DNA of 64,000 nucleotides from Thalassotalea sp. 42_200_T64. GTDB taxonomy: Bacteria; Pseudomonadota; Gammaproteobacteria; Enterobacterales; Alteromonadaceae. The stretch is from assembly GCA_002162925.1 (NCBI GenBank), contig MABC01000070.1, positions 15,689 to 79,688 of the forward strand, in the 5' to 3' direction. The notes beneath the pieces are model-generated. The model was not told where the DNA came from and made no database searches. It was given only the letters and a program-made list of their open reading frames with translations. Below, piece after piece: positions 41,645 to 49,508 of this stretch (within the stretch, counting starts at the first letter, position 1; every line of letters starts with the position of its first letter). A program made the translations under genes and the position numbers.

Positions 41645-42319
41645 ATGCGCTTATTTGACATTTTAGGGGTTCTTTACGAGCCAATTAATACTTTAGATAA
41701 CCACGACCATCTATTAACTTATGTCGAACCTAAGTTAAATGCCGATGGTACTTGTCCTATCTACAAAGAGCCGGGTAATACCTACGACTTAATGCAATAC
41801 GTTGACAGCAATGAGCAGAAAGAAAACTTGTTGGATTTACTGGCCCGGTTAAATCGCTTAGTACGCTGGATCCATATTAAAACCGATGTGCTTTGGTTTG
41901 GAATTTACCTTCGCCATGGTGATAAATTAGTCAAATATGTCTATAACGGCGAGATGAGTAAAGCCGAATTTGAGATCTCGGAAGAGTACCTGGAAAAATC
42001 GATTAACACCCGCGTGATCATGGAAAAGCAACCGTATTACATTGCCGATGTTGATAACCATACCGGACCTTATTATCGTTGTGATGCAAAAGTGAAATCG
42101 GAACTTTGTTGTCCAATTTTTGGCCCTGATGGTGACGTTATCGGTATTTTTGATTCCGAAGATCATCGCAAAAACTTCTTTGATGATAAAATTGATTTTA
42201 TCAGTAACAAAGTAAAACGGGCGATTGAGATCTTTCTTGAAGACCACCCTTATATGACTCATTCAACCGAGTTTGATATTAAACAAGACGATTACAGTAA
42301 AGAGATTGAAGCCAGTTAG
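41645..42319 (+). CDS. GAF-domain protein, fRMsr/MsrC-like
   Basis: WFGIY, IADV..GPYYRCDAKVKSELCCPI..VIGIFDSE..FFD GAF pattern. Confidence 0.75.
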   Translation: MRLFDILGVLYEPINTLDNHDHLLTYVEPKLNADGTCPIYKEPGNTYDLMQYVDSNEQKENLLDLLARLNRLVRWIHIKTDVLWFGIYLRHGDKLVKYVYNGEMSKAEFEISEEYLEKSINTRVIMEKQPYYIADVDNHTGPYYRCDAKVKSELCCPIFGPDGDVIGIFDSEDHRKNFFDDKIDFISNKVKRAIEIFLEDHPYMTHSTEFDIKQDDYSKEIEAS

Positions 42320-42326
42320 AGAATAA

Positions 42327-43174
42327 CTAGTTAGGCACAATTTTAAATTCATCCGCCATTGTACTTTCTAGCAATAGCGACACTTGCTCCGCATCCCCAA
42401 ACAACCAGTATTCAATATTTTTTGCTTGTAATAATAACGGCATTCTACGGTGATAGGCCTCACATTGTGCAGTTGGTGTCGTGGTTAACGTCACCACTAA
42501 TGACTGACTTTGTTGTTTTGCCTGGTAGTAAATTCCGGCCATGAATAATGGCTCATCATCAATAGCACTAAATTGAAATTTTTGTTTGTTGGTTTCACTT
42601 TGCTGTTGCCATTCAAACCAGGAAGAACACGGGATAATACAACGTTGTTTGGCAAAAGCCTGCTTGAATGTGGCTTTCTCACGAACGGTTTCGGCTTGGG
42701 CATTAATGATTAATTTATTCGCCCAGGCGGGTTCTATACCCGTCACCATTCAAAGTGCAGGATTTCAGTGGGAATTGAAAGTGATTTAGGCAAGGCATTA
42801 ATTTTAGAGAATGGTTATTCCATTGTTAAAATTCATAACGCTGCATAAATCACTTTTAAACCCATCAAAGAAGCGCTTGAGCAATCCCACTTCTTCGTTG
42901 CATCTATTTGTAAGGGAATAACCATTACTGTATAAATGCGCCTTGAATTGGAATCGCTCAAGCGCTCTGAAACCTGCATCTTGAATGGTGACGGGTATAT
43001 ACCCCACAAAGAATCCTGCTGACGGTAGCGGTTCTGCTCATCACTTTTGATGATGGTACTCACCGTTTGGCTTGGACACAAATCGAGGTTATGCTGACAG
43101 TGAAACTCTTTCATAAGATTGCTGACAACCCAGGTTTCCACCTGTTTTTTATTCACTGCAAAACGACCACACAT
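42327..43174 (-). pseudogene. SRAP (SOS response-associated peptidase, YedK/HMCES family) interrupted by a MITE
   Basis: MCGRF start; INAQAET, RCIIP, FEW, HRRMP. Removing 42735-42997 restores a 194-aa frame (..WGI|EPAWA..). Confidence 0.9.
42737..42997. mobile_element. 261-bp MITE with TA target-site duplication (IS630/ERIC-like type)
   Basis: TIRs TACCCGTCACCATTCAA(AG/GA)TGCAGG at both ends; TA at 42735-36 and 42998-99; internal inverted repeats; no transposase. Confidence 0.92.
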
Positions 43175-43222
43175 AAATTATTCTACCTCAGCTTACATAC
43201 TTTGTGTATTCATACCTCAGGC

Positions 43223-45445
43223 TCAGCAATCCCGCGGCAAGGTTAAAGTAAACACCACGCCACTACCATCAGCCAAATTTTCGGCACTAATACTGCCTTG
43301 ATGATAATCGGCGATCAATCGGCAAATGTATAGGCCAATGCCTAAGTGCGGCTGGATTTTCTGCTCTTCGCTGCGCATTGACACCATGGCATCAAAAATA
43401 TTACTGCTCATTTCATCGGGTAATAAAGGTCCGCTATTGGTTACGGTCAAAATCGCGTTATCTTTTACCTGTTCAAGGACTATGTTAATGGCATCTTCAT
43501 TAGCACTAAACTCTACCGCATTGGAGATGAGCTTGTCGAACAGTTGCGCAATGTGTTCATCGCTGCCCTTAATCAATAGCGGCTTGGTGATAATGTTTAA
43601 TGAGAATTGTTGAACGTTATAGACTTGTTTGTAGCTTTGGCTACACCCTTCAACCAGTTCGGCCAAATCGAAATGTTCTACCTCAGACGATTGTAATGCT
43701 TGTTCAAGGTGGCTCGCTTCACTCATCGCCAGTAACATCGAATTCAACCGCTGAATGCCGTCTTTGGCGCGCTTCATGTAAATTTTACTACTATCTTCTA
43801 TTTGCTGGTTTTCCAGCATTTCCAGCGATGAACGCACTACCGAGATAGGCGTTTTCAGCTCATGCGATAAGCGCGCTGACATATTTTGCAAATAATCATT
43901 GTACTGGCCAAGTTGGCCAATGATGTTGGTAAAGCTTTTAGCTAAATCTCCTATTTCATCATTAATGCTGGTGGGAGAAAATTCCGCAGTTATTCTACCG
44001 TGCTGATCCACTACGGCTTCGGTTTGGTTGCGCAGTTTTCGTATTCGGTATGATAAACGTAAGGTGTATAAAAACAGCGCGGTTACCGAGCCAAAAATAA
44101 AAATACTGGTGAGTAACACTCCCTCAACCGCCTGGTTGCGAATGTTGCGAATGCCGTGCGTGGTTTCTTCCACTATTACTGCGCCCTTAATTTGGCTATC
44201 GACGTAAATGGGGTGGGCAGCAGACAATATTACCGCTTTGTTGTCGGGGGTGGTCCACCAAATCGAGGATAATTTACCATCCGCAAGCGCTTGCTTTAGG
44301 TGGCGCTTTTTATGTTGACGGTTTTCAAATTGTTCGGTACTGAAGTCTTTCGGTGGTTTGGTTAAAAAGTACTGATAAAAAGGCGCTAACAGCCATTGCC
44401 GCGCTCTGCTAAACCAAGAATTTTTTATCGCATAAAATTCATTACTCGACCAGTCACCGCTGGCATTATGAATATCGCCGTGGGTGGTTAATACCCGGTG
44501 ATGTTTATCGACTACGGTAATGCTCGAATGACTTCGGCCCATGGCTTTGATGATGCGTTCAATTTCCGGCGAGGGCACGGTAAAGGTGCCTAAGTCTTGA
44601 GAATCTTTGGTGTCGGCCGTACCAATAACCACGGGTGTGTTAATACTGGCAATAACGTCATCCTTGTTGTCGGATTCGTTGTTAGCAAAGTCAGTGTTGC
44701 CGAAATCATTGTTGGGCAAATCGACATCGGTAATGTTAAAGCCGATCTTTTCGCCAAGCAACTCTTTACGAATGCGCAGCTCGATTACGTAACCTGTTGT
44801 GGTTAAACGTAAGTGACCTTGAATGCCATTTTCATTTTTTGGAAATGTTTGCTGGGAATTTGTACCGGGTAATTTAAACGCACTTATCCAGCCGGCCTGA
44901 TGGTTGCTGATCACATAACGGTTAAGTTGTAGGTTGTTATCTATGGTGGAAATTTCGAGATGATCGTTATCAAATATCGATAATTTGTTTTTGCCACGAA
45001 AAATAACATCATCATCATTAACGTCAAACAAAGCATAAACATAATCGTTGAAGCGACCAATGTTGGTGGTAAAACTTAAACTGACTTGTTGCTCACTAAA
45101 AGCCGATTTTATCTGATTGTTAAAATCATAAAAATTACTGTTTCTCTCATTTTGTATCTCGCTCCAGTCTTTGTCTAAGCCGTCCAGTTTAATCGCCGCA
45201 GAAATCACCGTGGGGAAAAAATCTTTGCCTTTTTCCAGGGTTTCTTTATAACTTGCCTGGTTATTAAATAATTTTGGTCGTTCGTGTAAGGCGGTCGCCA
45301 GCGCTTTGGCGTTGTTCTTTAAGGTTTGCTCTTGTCCCAGGCGCAGATATTTTTCCATGTCCCAAATGTAGTTATAACCAATAAACGGAATGGCCAATAA
45401 TAGGGAGGCAAAAAACATTAATTTAACGGTGATATTTAATCGCAA
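43223..45445 (-). CDS. pdsS: Proteobacterial dedicated sortase system histidine kinase
   Basis: TTG start just after pdsR; ALATALHERP, PSPEIE, HAMP domain, LSHELKTP, PHLGIGLY. Confidence 0.87.
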   Translation of the reverse strand: MRLNITVKLMFFASLLLAIPFIGYNYIWDMEKYLRLGQEQTLKNNAKALATALHERPKLFNNQASYKETLEKGKDFFPTVISAAIKLDGLDKDWSEIQNERNSNFYDFNNQIKSAFSEQQVSLSFTTNIGRFNDYVYALFDVNDDDVIFRGKNKLSIFDNDHLEISTIDNNLQLNRYVISNHQAGWISAFKLPGTNSQQTFPKNENGIQGHLRLTTTGYVIELRIRKELLGEKIGFNITDVDLPNNDFGNTDFANNESDNKDDVIASINTPVVIGTADTKDSQDLGTFTVPSPEIERIIKAMGRSHSSITVVDKHHRVLTTHGDIHNASGDWSSNEFYAIKNSWFSRARQWLLAPFYQYFLTKPPKDFSTEQFENRQHKKRHLKQALADGKLSSIWWTTPDNKAVILSAAHPIYVDSQIKGAVIVEETTHGIRNIRNQAVEGVLLTSIFIFGSVTALFLYTLRLSYRIRKLRNQTEAVVDQHGRITAEFSPTSINDEIGDLAKSFTNIIGQLGQYNDYLQNMSARLSHELKTPISVVRSSLEMLENQQIEDSSKIYMKRAKDGIQRLNSMLLAMSEASHLEQALQSSEVEHFDLAELVEGCSQSYKQVYNVQQFSLNIITKPLLIKGSDEHIAQLFDKLISNAVEFSANEDAINIVLEQVKDNAILTVTNSGPLLPDEMSSNIFDAMVSMRSEEQKIQPHLGIGLYICRLIADYHQGSISAENLADGSGVVFTLTLPRDC

Positions 45446-45446
45446 A

Positions 45447-46139
45447 CTATTGGCCTTGGTGCCAGCGATAGCCCATGCCATAAACGGTATCGATACAACT
45501 AAAGCTCGCGTCCTGGCCAATAAATTTTTTGCGAATACGCTTAATATGCGCCGTAACTGTGTTGTCATCGACGACAATATTGGCATCATTCATTAATTGT
45601 TCTTTGCTTTTCACATGGCCCGGATTTAACGCCAATGAATGGATCATCCAAAACTCGGTAATGGTGGTGTTTACTATTTGTTGCTGCCAATGAATGCTTA
45701 ATCGGTCTTTGTTAATGGTTAATGCACCGCGGGTCAGTTCGTCATCTTGCTTCGGTTTTTCTAAAAATTTTAAATAGTTTAAGATCGCATGGATGCGTGC
45801 GCTTAAATTGGCAAAACTCATGGATTTGCTGACATAATCATTGGCGCCAAGTCGCAAACCGCTAATGATATCGGCATCTGAATCTCTGGCGGTGAGGAAG
45901 ATAATCGGTAAGGTTTCCGATTTTTCGCGCAAATATCGACAAATATCGAAGCCGCCATCAAATTCATCTTCCAGGCCAATATCTAAAATGGCTAAATGCG
46001 GCAAATTTAAGGCGAATGCGGTTAATGCCGTTTGTTTATTTTTATAGGTTTGCACCACAAAGCCTTGCTTGCGCAGGGCATCGGCATAGTTTTCTCTAAT
46101 CGCTTCATCGTCTTCTACAATTGCAATGCGTTTGCTCAT
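45447..46139 (-). CDS. pdsR: Proteobacterial dedicated sortase system response regulator
   Basis: KRIAIVEDDEAIRENY, LDIGL, TITEFWM, HIKRIRKKF, TVYGMGYRW. Confidence 0.9.
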   Translation of the reverse strand: MSKRIAIVEDDEAIRENYADALRKQGFVVQTYKNKQTALTAFALNLPHLAILDIGLEDEFDGGFDICRYLREKSETLPIIFLTARDSDADIISGLRLGANDYVSKSMSFANLSARIHAILNYLKFLEKPKQDDELTRGALTINKDRLSIHWQQQIVNTTITEFWMIHSLALNPGHVKSKEQLMNDANIVVDDNTVTAHIKRIRKKFIGQDASFSCIDTVYGMGYRWHQGQ

Positions 46140-46216
46140 TAGTTGTTCTTATTGGTGTGAGTGATGTCTGTAATATAACGAATGTTTTTCCAAATTTAAT
46201 GATAACAGGCTAATCA

Positions 46217-46272
46217 TCATAATTGGTCATAATTGCTCGTTAATAGTTCATTTTTTATCTGTTGGATTGTCA
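46217..46272 (+). promoter_or_regulatory. Candidate PdsR operator (10-bp-period TCAT repeats) upstream of pdsO
   Basis: TCATAATTGG TCATAATTGC TCGTTAATAG TTCATTTTTT; matches 49273-49328. Confidence 0.6.
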
Positions 46273-46357
46273 GTTTTGTGCGTTGTAATGAAATCACTAA
46301 AGCAACACCGCATATTTAAACAACTTATTTTAAACAACAGTAACTAAGGTAATTATA

Positions 46358-47176
46358 ATGAACAACAACACTGAGATGAACAGCAACACTAAAATGAAAA
46401 GCAAGTTAAGCGCTATCGCATTAGCCACGGCATTAGTCATTACAATGGCGCCATTGGCACATGCCCAAAGCGCAGAGCAAACCAAGCCTTCAAAAAATGT
46501 AATTGAACAGATTGAAGACATCCCTACCGAAGAAAAAGTTGGCCTCAGTATCGGTGCCATTATCGGTGGTATATTCGGTGGTCCTCCTGGGGCGTTCATT
46601 ACCGCACTTGCGGGTGATTTCATTGGTAAGCACATGGTGGCAGAACAAGAGATAATTGCGCTGGAACATACAGTCGATAAACAACAGCGTACTGCCAGTA
46701 ATAATGAAAATCGCCATCAAGGTGAGATCAAAAACCTGGAAATACAATATCAACAAGAAATGATGAGCATCGCCAATGCTTATGAAAACAGTGAAAAAGC
46801 GCAGGTGGAAAACATTCTGGTAAGTTTAATGTTCAGAACCGGTTCCAGTGACATTGAACCGCATTATCAGCAACAAGTCATAGCGTTGGCCAAAGTGTTA
46901 CAAAGATCGCCACATTTAAACATCGATTTGTCCGGTTTTACCGACAAACAAGGTGAAGAACAATTAAATCTGGTCATTGCTGAGCAGCGAGTTAACAAGG
47001 TAAAAGACTTACTGATAATGCAAGGCGTTACCGAGCAAAGGATCATCACCAGTGCCTTTGGTGAACTGGCACCGATAGATCAAAATGTTGCTTCCGAGGT
47101 GAATTATTTTGATCGTCGGGTAGAAATGAAGTTAATTGTTAATTCTGAGGAGGTGGCCAAACAAGCGAAATTATAA
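46358..47176 (+). CDS. pdsO: Sortase-associated OmpA-like protein
   Basis: Signal peptide, glycine zipper (GAIIGGIFGGPPGA), coiled coil, OmpA domain (FRTGSS, SGFTD, AFGE, DRRV); divergent from pdsR. Confidence 0.88.
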   Translation: MNNNTEMNSNTKMKSKLSAIALATALVITMAPLAHAQSAEQTKPSKNVIEQIEDIPTEEKVGLSIGAIIGGIFGGPPGAFITALAGDFIGKHMVAEQEIIALEHTVDKQQRTASNNENRHQGEIKNLEIQYQQEMMSIANAYENSEKAQVENILVSLMFRTGSSDIEPHYQQQVIALAKVLQRSPHLNIDLSGFTDKQGEEQLNLVIAEQRVNKVKDLLIMQGVTEQRIITSAFGELAPIDQNVASEVNYFDRRVEMKLIVNSEEVAKQAKL

Positions 47177-47193
47177 TTGATTTTCCATTTAAC

Positions 47194-47241
47194 ATACCAA
47201 GTCCGATAATTTATTGACCAATAAATTGTCGGAATTGGTAT
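47194..47241. repeat. Palindromic ATACCAA...TTGGTAT mini-element
   Basis: 48-bp near-perfect palindrome; related ends at 29971, 31861-31906, 37647-37700 and 48074-48110. Confidence 0.6.
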
Positions 47242-47612
47242 TATGCTCCCACCAAGTGAGAGAGGTATATCTACAGATGTACCTCTCTGTTTGGACTAAA
47301 CCGCAGGATTTCTTTCATAAATATAATTTCGCTTTGTAACAAGTTGTTAACATTGTGTCTGAATGAGTGTGAGTAAATATTCACTAAAGCTAGATAAAAT
47401 CCCACAAGTTCCGGTAAATGCCCGGTAAAATCAGGCTTCAGCTTGGTTTTTTTGTTATCTAGGCTTATAGTTAACTGTGGTATGTGTTGGAACGACATAC
47501 TTTATTACATATGGACATATTCATTGTCTTGTTTGCAATTTGTTTAATGGCTATTAATACAGTGTGATTAACAAATTAAAAAATAAATGATGAAACATTA
47601 AAGGATGAAATT

Positions 47613-48068
47613 ATGAAACTTACTAAACCGCTAGCAATAGCACTACTCGGCTTTATGCCATTTGTCTCGTTCGCCGACGATAACTCTGAACAAGCTTCCG
47701 CGAAAGCAGCAGAACTGGCTAACCAATGTGGTGTTGTCTCCATTTATAAACAGCCGCCGCAATCTAAAAATATCTATTGGGTAAACATCAATACCGTTGA
47801 TGGTGTTCCTGTTGGTAGTGGTAGCCATACTTTTCAATTATCGCCAGGCTTGCACAAAATTAAAGTGGTTGAGCAAATTACCGATTCGTACTTTACCCGT
47901 CGTCGTGGCAAAATGCTTAATTACAAAGTCTTTGAAATCAATGTAGAGCCGAATAAAAAGTACTACTTAGGGGCAAAGTATCTTCGTAAACATCGTTCTA
48001 AATTAACAACAGGCGAATACTGGGAACCTATTATCTGGAAAACTTCAGACCGCGATTGTGAAGTGTAA
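47613..48068 (+). CDS. Exported hypothetical protein
   Basis: Signal peptide; beta-rich domain (INTVDG..LSPGLHKIKV..VEPNKKYYLGA) with two Cys. Confidence 0.8.
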   Translation: MKLTKPLAIALLGFMPFVSFADDNSEQASAKAAELANQCGVVSIYKQPPQSKNIYWVNINTVDGVPVGSGSHTFQLSPGLHKIKVVEQITDSYFTRRRGKMLNYKVFEINVEPNKKYYLGAKYLRKHRSKLTTGEYWEPIIWKTSDRDCEV

Positions 48069-48267
48069 TCAACTTGGTATATACCAATCTGCATAAGTAT
48101 AGACTCAACGCGCTCACCTCTAGCAGGTAGAAATAAAAATATTTTTACCTGCTGCATCCAAACCTCTGCTTCACCTTCTCTATTAGATAACGCCGTTAAA
48201 TTTAATTAACTCGATTGAATAAATTAACGAACAAAAAATTAAAACTAACAAAACTGAGGAGTTTATT

Positions 48268-48615
48268 ATGGGTGAATTAATCCCTATCGTACTATTTATC
48301 ATGCTGGGTGTTATTGGTTGGGCATTTTTCTATTATGCCTATAAAGGTAAGCATGAATTGCAAGAAACCATTCAGGTGGCATTAGAAAAAGGCCAGCAGT
48401 TATCACCAGAAAGCATCGAAAAAATATTACAATCACAACGCACACCGTCAGCTGATTTTAAACGCGGAATTTTATTAATTTCTCTGGCGGTGGCTACTGG
48501 TGCATTTGGCTTACTTGACCCGTTTGGCCACGACATTGCCGGGGTTTCATTACTTCCATTAGTGATTGGTATCGGCTACCTGATCGTTTGGAAATTTAGC
48601 CCGAAAGACGCTTAA
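48268..48615 (+). CDS. Membrane protein, DUF6249-like
   Basis: TM-ETIQVALEKGQQL-DFKRGILL-2TM pattern; strong SD GAGGAG; precedes an ECF sigma gene. Confidence 0.75.
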   Translation: MGELIPIVLFIMLGVIGWAFFYYAYKGKHELQETIQVALEKGQQLSPESIEKILQSQRTPSADFKRGILLISLAVATGAFGLLDPFGHDIAGVSLLPLVIGIGYLIVWKFSPKDA

Positions 48616-48655
48616 CCAGCTTGGTATAAGTGAATGATGTGATAACCTTAATGCT

Positions 48656-49180
48656 ATGTTAGCCAAGTTAATCAGTAAGTTTACTCAGCAAAATGATCAA
48701 CAAGCTTTTGCCGAGATTGTAAAAGCTTGTCAGTCAGAGCTGCGCGGCTATTGTCGTCGCCTCACTGCCGGAGACTTTGCCCTTGCTGATGATATTGCAC
48801 AGGAAAGCTTGATCATTGCTTATCAGCAGCTTGGCAATCTTAAGAATATCAACGCCTTTAAAACTTGGATATACCGTATTGCTTACCGTAACTTTTTAAA
48901 CCAAATCGCGAAAATAAAAGAGCGACCTTTGGCTAATGAGCAACAAATAGAAATTGAAAGCCGGGATAACAGTGAAAATGAAAAACTGGTGATGCAGTTA
49001 ATGCAATACTTAAGTGAAGAGCAAAGGGCCGTGATAACCTTGAATTTAACCTTGGGATACGGACATCAAGAAATTTCATCGATATTAGATATGCCATTGG
49101 GTACAGTGAAGTCGCATTGCAAACGTGGCAAAGATAAATTTAATGTGATTGAAATGAGTAGCATGCAACCGCTTTATTGA
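48656..49180 (+). CDS. ECF RNA polymerase sigma-70 factor (C-terminus possibly fused to an anti-sigma remnant)
   Basis: ADDIAQE, FKTWIYRIAY, EISSILDMPLGTVKSH. Confidence 0.85.
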   Translation: MLAKLISKFTQQNDQQAFAEIVKACQSELRGYCRRLTAGDFALADDIAQESLIIAYQQLGNLKNINAFKTWIYRIAYRNFLNQIAKIKERPLANEQQIEIESRDNSENEKLVMQLMQYLSEEQRAVITLNLTLGYGHQEISSILDMPLGTVKSHCKRGKDKFNVIEMSSMQPLY

Positions 49181-49272
49181 TCTCAATGCCGTTATTGATG
49201 GTGGCCCTGGTGTGTTATTTTATCAAGGATGAACTGCTTTGAAATTAGAAATTTCAAAGCAGTATATTGTTG

Positions 49273-49328
49273 TCACAATTGATCATTTTATATCGGTTAT
49301 TATTCATTTTTTGATGCCGATAAGGTCA
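49273..49328 (+). promoter_or_regulatory. Second candidate PdsR operator, upstream of the sortase target
   Basis: TCACAATTGA TCATTTTATA TCGGTTATTA TTCATTTTTT, with GTCA at the same +52 offset as in the pdsO copy. Confidence 0.6.
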
Positions 49329-49508
49329 TAAATTTATTGTTAAATAATGTCATAACTCACGGAGAATCGTTATGACATTAAAACCTCTTTACCCGCAAGC
49401 ACTATACAACATACCAAAGCCTCAGAAGGTCAGATTCTGCAAGGCCATAAACATCAAGCCGATGTTAAATATTACCCTAAATATCAACTACCAAACATTG
49501 CCTTATGG

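Noticed and set aside
42804-43007. ORF inside the MITE as a possible transposase or cargo gene
   Set aside because: Too short, no DDE motifs; a chance frame in a non-autonomous element.
44665-44715. 15-nt degenerate repeats in pdsS (NNDFG/NTDFA/NNESD)
   Set aside because: An in-frame low-complexity loop insertion with no evidence of function.
45446-45589. 48-aa N-terminal extension of the 788-aa kinase ORF
   Set aside because: It overlaps pdsR in another frame; the TTG at 45445, right after the pdsR stop, gives a normal start.
47271-47498. 75-aa minus-strand ORF after pdsO
   Set aside because: No SD or motif; it lies between a terminator-like hairpin and the next promoter.
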